Shown: in pieces, positions 42,816 to 52,940 of the stretch
How the letters are laid out: every line of letters starts with the position of its first letter
Position numbering within the stretch: the first letter of the stretch is position 1
From: an uncultured delta proteobacterium
Lineage (GTDB): Bacteria; Desulfobacterota; Binatia; UBA9968
Direction: 5' to 3'
DNA: 64,000 bases
NCBI GenBank assembly: GCA_963745035.1
Contig: CAVUVW010000017.1
Span: 96,001 to 160,000, forward strand
Position numbers and translations under genes: made by a program
Notes under the pieces: generated by a model
The model's database searches: none
Seen by the model: only the letters and a program-made list of their open reading frames with translations
What the model was told of the DNA's origin: nothing

Positions 42816-44052
42816 TTAAGCCGTCGGCTCCACGTTTTCCTTCAAGGGCGGCTTGGCGAGAAACATCAGCAGCAGTCGACAACAAACTCACGACTGCGAA
42901 GATGGTAAACGCGACCGAGTAGCTTTTCGTCAGATCATAAAATAGTCCGGCCACAATCGGCCCGACAAATGTTCCGGCGGTGGTAATAGAACGGCTCACG
43001 CCCTGAATCGTCGCAAACGCCTTGGTACCGAAATAATCGGCGCGAATCGGTTCCTGCAAAGACGCCAATCCGCCGTACGCCAATGAATAGATGATCATAA
43101 ACGCCGTGAAGGCGAACGAGCCAACCACCCAACCCATCGCGCAGACGGAAACGCTTAGCGCCAGCAATAGACTCATGACGAGTTTCCGCTTGTCGAGCAG
43201 GTCGCCCAACCAACCCATGCCGACGCGCGCCGGCGCGCCGATCAACGCCGACACTCCGAGCAAAGTGCTCGCAGCTTCCGTGGACCAGCCACGATCCACC
43301 AGCAGAATGACGAAGTGCACCGACACGCCTTCCGTGACCATATGGCGCAGCGCCATCGCCACCGAAAGAAACCAAAAGGCCTTGAGGCGCAGCACTTCTT
43401 TCAACGTGAACTGTGGATCCGAGGATCGATGCGGGATAGAGCCGCCTCCGGGATGACGCGCCATGGCCAGCTCGCGATCGGTTTCTTCGGCTTGTGCGAT
43501 TCTGTTGATCAGATAAGCGATCGGCAATCCGGCCGTCAAAAGCATCAAGCCCGAAGCCACCGCCGCAGTGCGCCAGCCCCACCACACGATCATGGCCCCG
43601 ACCAGAGGTACGATCGCCCCCGAGAGTCCCGGCCCCATGCGAAAGATTCCGAAGGCGAGACTGCGCCGTTCGTGAAAAATTTTGGCGATGAGCAAGCTGA
43701 TCGGCATGTGGTAGCCGAGACTCGAACCGAGCACGATGCCCAGCACGATCGCGGCATAGAGCATCGGTAATGAGTCGACGAAGCTGAGCGCGATAAACCC
43801 CAGGACGCAGATCACGATGCCGATGTACATGATCCGGCGCGGCCCGACCCGATCGATAAAGTATCCTTCGATGGGCCCCAGCAGTCCGGACTCGATCCGC
43901 GCCAGCGAAAAAGCCCCTGAAATAGCTGTGCGGCTCCATCCGAATTCGCGCTCGAAGGACGGAAAGAACGCGCTCATGCCGAAGTAACTAAACCCGGTGT
44001 TTACTGCGTGGGTAATGCAGCCGAGGATAACGAGCCACCATTTTCGGTCCAT
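42816..44052 (-). CDS. MFS transporter (frameshift near the 3' end; true C-terminus probably ...MFLAKPPLKENVEPTA)
   Basis: About 12 TMs; EFGWSRTAIS, GYFIDRVGPR, GWLGDLL, DYFGTKAF. Confidence 0.88.
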
Positions 44053-44320
44053 TACAGGTGTGACTTTCAGAGTGTGTCGGCAAACTTACGCAGACTAACG
44101 CATATTTCACGAGCGTGAAAGCCGCGATCTCTTCGATCTCTGGAAACACCCGGTGCGAGCCGGCCGCGCTGCAATAATTATGAGATCGTTGCATTCCGCG
44201 ATGAGAATTGAAAAATGTATGAAGCCGTCCGGCTCGCCGCTCGATCAGGCGCCGGCTGACCACGATGCTGCGCGCATGCGGGAAGCGTCGATTCTAAAAC
44301 GAAATGGAAATTCATCGTAG

Positions 44321-46024
44321 ATGCCGCACAGCGTTACACTGATCAGCACGATCGCCGCCGGGTTGGGCCTCGCGCTCGTCTTTGGCTTTCTCGCCGCGCG
44401 GATCAAGCTTCCGGCGCTGGTCGGTTACCTGATCGCGGGCATCGTCATCGGCCCGGCGACGCCGGGCTTCGTCGCCGATGTCGAGCTGTCGGCGCAGCTC
44501 GCCGAGATCGGCGTCATGCTGTTGATGTTCGGCGTGGGCTTGCATTTTTCGCTGAACGATCTCTTGGCCGTGCGGCGTATTGCCCTTCCCGGCGCCGTTG
44601 TCCAGATTACCGTCGCGACTCTGCTCGGTATCGCAATCACCTCGCTTTGGGGCTGGAGCCTCGCGAGCGGCATCGTCTTCGGACTTGCTTTGTCCGTCGC
44701 CAGCACCGTCGTGCTGTTGAAGGCGCTGGAAAGCCGCGGCGTTCTGGAAACCGTCAACGGCCACATCGCCGTCGGCTGGCTCGTCGTCGAGGATTTGGTA
44801 ACGGTCTTGGTGTTGGTGCTGCTGCCGCCGCTTTCGTTATGGCTCGGCAGCAATGCGCAGGTCGGCGATCGGAGTTTACTGACAACTCTCGCGTTCACCC
44901 TCGGCCAAGTCGCGGTCTTTATCGCGCTCATGCTGGTTGTCGGCCGACGGGTTTTCCCATGGCTGCTCTGGCAGGTTGCCGGCACCGGCTCGCGTGAGCT
45001 TTTTACTTTGTGCGTCGTTGCAGCGGCTCTCGGCATCGCCTACGGTTCCGCCGCGCTGTTCGGCGTCTCCTTTGCCCTCGGCGCTTTCTTCGCCGGCATG
45101 GTCATGAGGGAATCGCCGCTGAGCTACCGCGCCGCTGAAGAATCTTTGCCCCTCAGAGATGCTTTCTCGGTGCTGTTTTTTGTTTCGGTCGGCATGCTGT
45201 TCGACCCCCAGGTGTTGATTCGCGAGCCACTCCACCTTTTGGCCGTTCTCGCCATCATCATCTTCGGCAAATCGCTGGCCGCTTTTTTTCTCGTCCTGCT
45301 GTTCCGTTATCCGCTGAATACCGCGCTCACGGTATCGGCGAGCCTGGCCCAGATCGGCGAGTTCTCCTTCATCTTGGCCGGGCTGGGGGTTCAACTAGGC
45401 CTCATGCCGGAAGAAGGCCAAAGCCTCATTCTCGCAGGAGCCATCATCTCGATCGCGCTCAATCCTCTGGTCTTCCACGCCATCGAGCCGGCGCAGGCAT
45501 GGATTCGCTCGCGCTCCAAGCTCGCGCAAGCCCTGGAGCGCCCGGACGATCCCCTCGCCGTGCTGCCGATGACCGTCGAACTGACCCGCCTCACGGGTCA
45601 CGTCGTTCTGGTCGGCTATGGCCGCGTCGGCCGGCGCATCGGCGACGCGCTCACCGCCAACGGCATCTCTTTCGTCGTCGCTGAGGAGAATCGGGAAATC
45701 GTCGAGAAGCTGCGGGCAAGCAATATGCCGGCTGTCTCCGGCGACGCCGCCGATCCAAACGTGTTGATCCAGGCCCACGTGCACCGCGCGCGCATGCTGG
45801 TGATCGCTACACCCGACACGCTCGATGTCCGGCGCATGATCGAGATCGCGCGCACGGTCAACCCGCGCATCGAGACCGTCGTGCGCACCCACAGCGAAGA
45901 AGAAGCTGTGCTGCTCGAACAGGAAAACGCCGGCAAAGTATTTCTCGGTGAGCACGAACTTGCCGGCAGCATCATCGCACACGTCCTCGGCCGTTACGCC
46001 GGCGGAGAGCAGCGGCGCCGCTAG
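44321..46024 (+). CDS. ybaL: CPA2-family cation:proton antiporter with TrkA-N domain (YbaL-like)
   Basis: LAEIGVMLLMFGVGLHFS, LSVASTVVLLKAL, WLVVED, QIGEFSF, VGYGRVG. Confidence 0.9.
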   Translation: MPHSVTLISTIAAGLGLALVFGFLAARIKLPALVGYLIAGIVIGPATPGFVADVELSAQLAEIGVMLLMFGVGLHFSLNDLLAVRRIALPGAVVQITVATLLGIAITSLWGWSLASGIVFGLALSVASTVVLLKALESRGVLETVNGHIAVGWLVVEDLVTVLVLVLLPPLSLWLGSNAQVGDRSLLTTLAFTLGQVAVFIALMLVVGRRVFPWLLWQVAGTGSRELFTLCVVAAALGIAYGSAALFGVSFALGAFFAGMVMRESPLSYRAAEESLPLRDAFSVLFFVSVGMLFDPQVLIREPLHLLAVLAIIIFGKSLAAFFLVLLFRYPLNTALTVSASLAQIGEFSFILAGLGVQLGLMPEEGQSLILAGAIISIALNPLVFHAIEPAQAWIRSRSKLAQALERPDDPLAVLPMTVELTRLTGHVVLVGYGRVGRRIGDALTANGISFVVAEENREIVEKLRASNMPAVSGDAADPNVLIQAHVHRARMLVIATPDTLDVRRMIEIARTVNPRIETVVRTHSEEEAVLLEQENAGKVFLGEHELAGSIIAHVLGRYAGGEQRRR

Positions 46025-46144
46025 GGAAGCTCCCTAAGCGGCGCATTCGAGCGCTAAGCAAGCGCGAACGCCTTGCCACGCGGCATTGCCGTCTGTAGAA
46101 TCGTTGAGAGTCGGTGAATTTCGTCGAAGAGTTTGCTTCTGTTC

Positions 46145-47443
46145 ATGAGCACCGCCGGACGTCGCATATCAAACGACAAAAAAACAAAGGGAGACGACCC
46201 GCTACGGCAAGCGCGCGCGATTCACGAGAGAGTCATCACCCTCGACAGCCACATCGATTTCACCGCGGCCGATCTCACGAGCGAGCGAAACTACACGCAG
46301 CGTCTCGAGACGCAGTTCAATTTGCCGAACATGATTGATGGCGGGCTCGATGGACTCTTCTTCGTCATCTACGTCGGCCAAACCAGAGAATCGCAGAATC
46401 CGGAAGCGCTCAAACCCGCCAGCTACGAGCGCGCCTACAAGCTCGCCATCGAGAAATTCGACGCGGTTCATCGCTTCGCCCGCGAGATCGCGCCGGCCGC
46501 GCTGGAGTTGGCGCTCACCTCCGACGACGTGCGTCGGCTCGGCTCCCAAGGAAAGAAAATTGCTCTGATCGGCGTGGAGAACGGCTACCCGCTCGGCGAC
46601 GACGTCGCGCGCGTCGAGGAATTCTACGACCGCGGCGCCCGCTACCTCTCCCTCACCCACAACGGCCACAATCAACTCGCCGACTCGCACACCGGCGAGC
46701 GCGACGGCTGGAAGTGGAATGGCGTTTCGCCGCTCGGCAGAGAGGTCATCGCCGAGATGAATCGGCTCGGCATCATGGTGGACGTCTCGCACGCTTCCAA
46801 AGAGGCGATGATGCAAACCGCCGCGCTGTCCAAAGCGCCGATCATCGCGTCCCACTCCGGCGTAAGGGCGCTCTGCGACGTGAGCCGCAACATGGACGAC
46901 GAGCAGCTTCGCGCGCTCCAAGAAACCGGTGGTGTTTTCCATGCCGTCGCCTACGACGGCTTCGTGAAGAAAGTGAAAACCGATTCACCCGAACGAGCCG
47001 CCGCCCTCGCTGCGGTACGGCGAGAATTCGAGCTTCCGGATTTCAATCACCCAGGTCAACGCGCGCGGTTTCACTCCGCGTTCAAGCGACTCCCCGACGA
47101 GCGCCGCGCCGAATACGAGTCGAAGCTTGCCGAGATCGACAAGCAGCACCCCGGCGACCCGCCCGTCAATCTCAAAGACTTCGTCGACCACATCGACTAC
47201 GCCGTCAAACTCATCGGCATCGATCACGTCGGCATCTCGTCCGATTTTGACGGCGGCGGCGGCATAGCCGGCTGGAACGACGCCAGCGAAACGTTCAACG
47301 TAACCTTGGAACTGGTCCGCCGCGGCTACACCGAAGAACAAATCGAAAAACTCTGGAGCGGCAATCTGCTGCGTGTCATGGATCAAGTCGAACGCCTGGC
47401 GGCCGACCTCAGGAATAAACCGAACGCTGCTCAGTCGGACTGA
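46145..47443 (+). CDS. Membrane/renal dipeptidase family (M19) peptidase
   Basis: LDSHID, GVENG, SLTH, DVSH, IASHS, RNMDD, DHIDY, SSDFDG. Confidence 0.9.
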   Translation: MSTAGRRISNDKKTKGDDPLRQARAIHERVITLDSHIDFTAADLTSERNYTQRLETQFNLPNMIDGGLDGLFFVIYVGQTRESQNPEALKPASYERAYKLAIEKFDAVHRFAREIAPAALELALTSDDVRRLGSQGKKIALIGVENGYPLGDDVARVEEFYDRGARYLSLTHNGHNQLADSHTGERDGWKWNGVSPLGREVIAEMNRLGIMVDVSHASKEAMMQTAALSKAPIIASHSGVRALCDVSRNMDDEQLRALQETGGVFHAVAYDGFVKKVKTDSPERAAALAAVRREFELPDFNHPGQRARFHSAFKRLPDERRAEYESKLAEIDKQHPGDPPVNLKDFVDHIDYAVKLIGIDHVGISSDFDGGGGIAGWNDASETFNVTLELVRRGYTEEQIEKLWSGNLLRVMDQVERLAADLRNKPNAAQSD

Positions 47444-47456
47444 AAAAGGACCTATC

Positions 47457-47870
47457 ATGACAATTCGAAGCTTTGATCACGTTGCGATCCCGATCGAGAA
47501 TACCGACGCGATGCTGGCGTTCTACCGGGCGCTGGGATTCGGCGTTAATGAGCGGGAGCACTTTTACTCGGTCCACTTCGGGGATCAGAAGATCAATTTT
47601 CATGCACCGGCACGATGGCAGAGCGGTCGCTTCACCCTACGCGGGCCGACCGCCGTGCCCGGCTGCGGCGACTTTTGTTTCGTATGGGAGGGTTCGGTCG
47701 AGTCGCTACGAGCGATGCTCGATCAAGCCGGCGCCACGATCATCGAAGGTCCGATAGAACGGCAAGGCGGCCGCGACGGCGGCCGAGCGAAGGGCACGAG
47801 CCTGTACGTACGCGATCCCGACTCGAATCTTTTGGAATTCATGATCTATTCGGAGGGAGCGTCGGTGTAA
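47457..47870 (+). CDS. VOC/glyoxalase family protein
   Basis: FDHVAI, FYRALG, LYVRDPDSNLLEF. Confidence 0.88.
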   Translation: MTIRSFDHVAIPIENTDAMLAFYRALGFGVNEREHFYSVHFGDQKINFHAPARWQSGRFTLRGPTAVPGCGDFCFVWEGSVESLRAMLDQAGATIIEGPIERQGGRDGGRAKGTSLYVRDPDSNLLEFMIYSEGASV

Positions 47871-47917
47871 CATGATGCTCAAGGAACCATGATCTATTTG
47901 AGCAAGAGACTGAAACC

Positions 47918-49081
47918 ATGAAGCACAGCACGGAACGCATACTCGCCACCCACTGCGGCAGTTTGGCACGGCCCAAGGATCTGCTCGATCTTATGAAAGC
48001 CAAGCTCAACAACGAGCCGTACGACTATGAAGTCTACGAGAAGCGGGTTCAGCGTGGGGTAGCGGACATTGTCCGCAAGCAAGTCGAGAGAGGCATCGAC
48101 GTTGTCACTGACGGCGAGCAAAGCAAGCCGGGGTTCTTTGCTTATGTGCGCGAGCGGCTGAGCGGCTTCGAAGCGAAGACGCCGACCCCCGGCGGTTGGA
48201 AACAGTGGGCAGCGGAAGTCGCGGCGTTTCCTGAGTATTACGAAAATTACTTTAGCCGGCGCATGATGGGCGGCAGCATCGCGCCGCGCACGCCGATGGT
48301 ATGCACCGGCCCGATCAGCTATCGCGGCCGGGACGCGATTCGAAAGGACATTGAGAATCTCAAAGCGGCACTGGTCGGATTGCAAACCGAGGACGTCTTC
48401 ATGCCCGCTGTGGCGCCGAGCGGAGTCGGAACCAACGAATATTACCGCAGCGATGAAGAATATCTGCAGGCCGTCGGTGACGCGTTGCGCACCGAATATC
48501 AGGCCATCGTCGATGCCGGTTTTATCCTGCAGATCGACGACCCGTGGCTCACGGAGATACACAGCCAGGATCCAACGATGAGCTTGGCCGAGCGGCGCAA
48601 GATCGCAGAACGATCCATCGAAGCGCTCAATCATGCGCTCCGCGGTATCCCGCCCGAGAAGGTGCGCTTCCACACTTGCTACGGCATCAACGAAGGCCCG
48701 CGGGTACATGACGCGCCGCTGAAGGACATCGTGGATCTCATCTTGAAAGTGAACGCTGGCGCCTATGCCTTCGAAGCCGCCAATCCGCGCCACGAGCACG
48801 AGTATCATGTGTGGGAAACCGCGAAGTTGCCGGCAGGCAAAGTGTTGATTCCGGGGGTCATCACCCACGCGAGCAACATCGTCGAACATCCGGAGCTTAT
48901 TGCCGAGCGAATCATGCGCTACGCGAAACTGGTCGGCCGCGAAAACGTGATCGCGGGAAGTGACTGCGGCTTTTCATCTCAGGCAACTTACAACCCTGAA
49001 GTTCACCCGAGCGTAGTGTGGGCAAAATTCCAAGCAATGGCCGAAGGCTGCCGCTTGGCGACCCAGCGGCTCTGGCGCTAA
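47918..49081 (+). CDS. Cobalamin-independent methionine synthase II family protein (MetE catalytic domain-like)
   Basis: THCGSLARP, TDGEQ, LQIDDP, FHTCYG, PGVI, SDCGF. Confidence 0.88.
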   Translation: MKHSTERILATHCGSLARPKDLLDLMKAKLNNEPYDYEVYEKRVQRGVADIVRKQVERGIDVVTDGEQSKPGFFAYVRERLSGFEAKTPTPGGWKQWAAEVAAFPEYYENYFSRRMMGGSIAPRTPMVCTGPISYRGRDAIRKDIENLKAALVGLQTEDVFMPAVAPSGVGTNEYYRSDEEYLQAVGDALRTEYQAIVDAGFILQIDDPWLTEIHSQDPTMSLAERRKIAERSIEALNHALRGIPPEKVRFHTCYGINEGPRVHDAPLKDIVDLILKVNAGAYAFEAANPRHEHEYHVWETAKLPAGKVLIPGVITHASNIVEHPELIAERIMRYAKLVGRENVIAGSDCGFSSQATYNPEVHPSVVWAKFQAMAEGCRLATQRLWR

Positions 49082-49202
49082 TGCTTCGTCCAACCGCTTG
49101 ACTCCTCGTCTGACGGAGCTTCACCGCAATCACTTCCTCGATCGCCGCGCGCAGAACGTTTAGCGTCTTGCGCGTGAGAACTCCGATGCAATAATCGGAA
49201 TC

Positions 49203-49593
49203 ATGGCAATTCGCGTCGTGCGGCTGGGAACGGCCCGCCGGAGAAAGGAAGGACTTCGCATCGGCACCGTACGCCGGCCGCCCCGCGGTGTTCGCAAAGC
49301 AAGATTACGCGAAACGTAACTACTTCGATGTCTGGCTTCCGGAGCTGGCGCCTAGCGCGCCGCTTGTATCATGGTTGTTTTCGGAACCGATCACGCCAGG
49401 CCGCTGGGCGCTCTACACAAAGCGCTATCGGAAGGAAATGCGTGAGCCGGCGGCGAGCCGTTTGATCGCGCTTCTCGCTGCCCTGTCATCGCAAACCAAT
49501 TTTTCAGTCGGCTGCTACTGTGAAGACGAGAGTCACTGCCATCGGTCGATACTAAAGAAACTCTTGCTCCATCGACGAGCAAAGATAATCTAA
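49203..49593 (+). CDS. DUF488 family protein (frameshift near 49295)
   Basis: MAIRVVRLG...RIGTVRRPPRGV, DVWLPELAPS, GCYCEDESHCHRSIL. Confidence 0.82.
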
Positions 49594-49648
49594 TCTCCTC
49601 GAACCCGTGGGCACGGCGTCTTACATTATTTTCCTGTCCTCAATAAAC

Positions 49649-49707
49649 CAAGAGCGCAGCATGCTGCGCTCTTGAACTGTTGCCGACTGCCTGTTGCCTA
49701 TTGCCTA
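49649..49707. repeat. Perfect 26-bp palindrome (possible bidirectional terminator or REP) followed by a heptamer tandem repeat
   Basis: CAAGAGCGCAGCATGCTGCGCTCTTG between convergent genes; then CTGTTGC CGACTGC CTGTTGC CTATTGC. Confidence 0.7.
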
Positions 49708-49711
49708 GTCA

Positions 49712-50729
49712 CTATTCATCCAGCCACATGAGCTTCGGCGGGATTGTCTTTCAGCATCATCTTCACCTCGTCCGGTTTGATGCCGAAGCCGAGCAGCGCA
49801 CGGATAAAAACCCGCATGCCGTCGACGGCGTCCATGTGCAGCACCTGGCCGAAGTCGCTGCCGATGATGCAGCGGTCGGGGCCGATTTCTTTGATCGTGC
49901 GGATGGTTTCCATCGGATCGGCGACCGGCTGATACAAGCTCGGGATCATCGGCTGGCAATACGTGCCGACGTAGACGCCGAGGTCGCGCAGCTGCTTCAT
50001 CTCGTCGAGCAGAAGCTTGTTCAGTTCCAAGAGCGGATGATCCAAGGTCGCGCGCACGCCGACTTCTTTGGCCAAGCGCGCCAGCGGCAGCAGCTCTTCG
50101 AAATCGGTATGGCCGAAGCCGATGCCGACTTTCTTCTCCGCCGCCATTTCCATGATCTGTTTCACTTCCGGGAGCACTTTGCCGTCCTCACTGCACAGCC
50201 GCACGCCTTCATGGTCCGGATGGCCGGCGCCGCGCCAGAAACCGTATGAGGTGAACGTCGGAAACCAGATCATTTTGAAGTTCGGATACTGCAAGCCGAC
50301 GCGGACGTACTCCGGGCGCATGCCGAAGCACATGCCGACGCCGCCGTAGACTTCGACTCGATGGCTCAGCTCGCCGCGCGCGATCATGTCGTCGATGTGA
50401 CGCTGGGTCAGATAGGCCGACGTCGCGCTGATGTTCCAGTGATCTTTGAAGGCGATCGCGCGCATGCCGCACTTGGACGCCTCGATGGCGATCTGGATCA
50501 TGTCCTGCGAGCGGTGCACGAAGTCGGGAAACGCGTGGATGTGGCAATCGATGGCGCCTTCCAGCAATTCGTTTTCGATCCCCGGATAGATCTTCAGCAT
50601 CTCCGGGTTGTCTTTCAGCATCTGATAAAAATAGTCCTTGGCGTTGAGCTCGCGCACCCGCGCGACGGTCAACGTGCGGCCCACCATCAACTCCTCGGCG
50701 GCCTTCGCATCCGCGGCAAAATCACACAT
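49712..50729 (-). CDS. TIM-barrel metallohydrolase (DUF6282/phosphotriesterase-like; frameshift in the last codons)
   Basis: AIDCHIH, FKDH, WFPT, GH, LDHP, GSDFGQ, DNPA. Confidence 0.75.
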
Positions 50730-50757
50730 GGAAATTTCTCCTCCCGTCAAAATTTCG

Positions 50758-50838
50758 GTTCAACGTTCCAGGTTCAATGTTAAGACCGGTTCAGAATGCT
50801 TCGTCTGACTTTGAACCTTGAACGTTGAACCTTGAAAC
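50758..50838. repeat. Inverted heptamer tandem-repeat element
   Basis: GTTCAAC GTTCCAG GTTCAAT, spacer, CTTTGAA CCTTGAA CGTTGAA CCTTGAA. Confidence 0.8.
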
Positions 50839-50841
50839 CAC

Positions 50842-51843
50842 TTATGCATTTCCCCACGCTTCTAAGAACCGTCGCGCGTCTTCGACCACCGGCTCGGTCA
50901 CCGGCACGTAAGGAATCACCATCCGCGTCGCGCCCGCTTCTTCGAAGGCCTTCATCTTGTCCTTGATCTCGCGCACGTCGCTTGCCGGCACCACCGGCAG
51001 CTTGTCCATGTACTCGTCGGTGAGCGCGCCCATGGCCGCCTTGAAGCCGCCTTTCTGAAAGGCTTCGTGGATCGCGTTAACTTCTTTTTCGAAGCCCATG
51101 CCGCGCAGCATGTCGCTGTAATGATCGGCGATATTGTAGAAGGTCAGCACCTGGCGCAGCTTGGCGCGCGCAAGATTCTTGTCCGGATTGAGCGACACCC
51201 GCGACTTGGCGATGATCTCGATCTTGCTCGGGTCGCGTCCCGCTTCGACGGCACCCTCGCGCACCCGCGCGGCGATCTCTTTGACCTTCTCCGGCGTCGC
51301 CATATTGATGAACACGCCGTCGGAAATCTTGCCGACGAGCTTGGTCATCTGCGGCCCGAGGCCGGCAAGATAAACCGGCAGATCGGGATGACTCGGCTTC
51401 CACGACAGTTGAAAGCGTTTGCCGGTGTTGTAGATCTCGCCCTCGTACTCGACCCGCTCGCCGGCAGCGACTTTGCGCACGATGTCGATGTACTCGCGCG
51501 CTCTCTTCAGAGGACGATCGAACACGCCGCCGTGCCAGCCGGCAATCGCTTTGTTGGCGACGCCGAGGCCGAGCAGCAGCCGCCCACCGGAAAGATCCTG
51601 CAAGGTCGCCGACTGAATTCCCAACGTCACCGGGCTCCGGCCGTAAATGTGGTAGATCGCCGTGCCGAGCTTGATCGTCTTGGTGCGGCTCGCCACCGCC
51701 GAGAGCATGACGAGCGGGTCGGTGCTGTTCGATTCGCCCTTCCAGAACGCGCCGAAACCGACTTGCTCGGCCAAGACCACCAGCCCCGGCACATCGGCCG
51801 CCGGATAGTGCGCCGCCGAATTGATTTCCACGTCATAGATCAT
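50842..51843 (-). CDS. LLM-class flavin (possibly F420)-dependent oxidoreductase
   Basis: AEQVGF, DPLVMLSAVASRT, LSGGRLLLGLG, PVYLAGLGPQM. Confidence 0.88.
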   Translation of the reverse strand: MIYDVEINSAAHYPAADVPGLVVLAEQVGFGAFWKGESNSTDPLVMLSAVASRTKTIKLGTAIYHIYGRSPVTLGIQSATLQDLSGGRLLLGLGVANKAIAGWHGGVFDRPLKRAREYIDIVRKVAAGERVEYEGEIYNTGKRFQLSWKPSHPDLPVYLAGLGPQMTKLVGKISDGVFINMATPEKVKEIAARVREGAVEAGRDPSKIEIIAKSRVSLNPDKNLARAKLRQVLTFYNIADHYSDMLRGMGFEKEVNAIHEAFQKGGFKAAMGALTDEYMDKLPVVPASDVREIKDKMKAFEEAGATRMVIPYVPVTEPVVEDARRFLEAWGNA

Positions 51844-51962
51844 TTCAGGTGGCTCCTCTGATTTCTTGAAACGCTGAATGTCGAGCGCCGAAAACGTTCG
51901 TAAACTAGCCAGCGGTCCCGTCTAAGTCAAACCGCGACCATTTGGACAGGTTGAGACAGGCT

Positions 51963-52940
51963 TCAGGGCTGGACCGCCTTGGCTTTTTGCGCCAGGCCGT
52001 CGAGCTCCTGTTTCAATTTTTGGCTGCGGTCGATGAATTCGTCGATGGAGCTGGTCGGCAGCCATGCCGCGTCGATCGGTTTGACGACGCCGGTGAACTC
52101 CATGACGTTGGAGAATTTGCTCCGGCCGGCGAAATCGGAGATCGCGCTGACGCCGGCGATCGCCGCGCTCACCGAAAGCGCCGCCCACAGACGCGAACGG
52201 CGGCGCAAGGTCGAGGCGAATTTGAGATGACCGTAGACTAATGCCGCCATCACCACCGCGGAGCCGAAAAGACCGGCAATCCAAAGCGTCGGAATAAACG
52301 GCCAGAGAAACTCCAGCCATTCGGAAAAAAAGCCCAGCAGGAAAAAGCCGACAATGGCGCCGCAGGCGATGGTGACATGCTGGGGGAAATGAGAACGGCT
52401 CACCACCACTCGGCTCGCCAGCGCCCACAGGCCGGCCCAAACGAGCAGCATGGCAAAGGTCGTGAGCGGCTCGGTAACGATGGCGGCGACGGTGGCGCGC
52501 TCGATGGTCGTCAAATAAGCGTCGAGGCAAAGCAGCAGGAAAACTGCCGCGCCGACGGCGACCGCGGCGGAGGGCGAATTGAGCCACAACCGCTTGCTTT
52601 CGCGATCCACCAACGTCGGCGCCATCGGATGATCGACGGCGCGGTAGCGCAGCTGGGTGTGGCCGATGCGGAACGGACTACCTGACTGAATTTCCAGGCT
52701 CGGCGCAGGCGCGTCCCGCGCCTCGGCGCGCAAACCGTTGACGCTCTCCAGATCGCGCGCGATCAGCCGGCCGCGTTCGTCGGGCGCGATTTCGAGATGC
52801 ATCGGACAGACGTAGGGATCGCCGAGAATCACGTGATTGGTATAGGCCCGGCCGATGCGAATCGGGAAAGATTCGATCGCAACGCGCTCGCTGACCGCGC
52901 CCTTGCCGTCGAGGACTTCGATGTAGCCTAACGGCGCCAT
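51963..52940 (-). CDS. FHA-domain membrane protein
   Basis: IRIGRAYTNHVIL...H...DLESVNG FHA core; about five TM helices; helical tail. Confidence 0.82.
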   Translation of the reverse strand: MAPLGYIEVLDGKGAVSERVAIESFPIRIGRAYTNHVILGDPYVCPMHLEIAPDERGRLIARDLESVNGLRAEARDAPAPSLEIQSGSPFRIGHTQLRYRAVDHPMAPTLVDRESKRLWLNSPSAAVAVGAAVFLLLCLDAYLTTIERATVAAIVTEPLTTFAMLLVWAGLWALASRVVVSRSHFPQHVTIACGAIVGFFLLGFFSEWLEFLWPFIPTLWIAGLFGSAVVMAALVYGHLKFASTLRRRSRLWAALSVSAAIAGVSAISDFAGRSKFSNVMEFTGVVKPIDAAWLPTSSIDEFIDRSQKLKQELDGLAQKAKAVQP

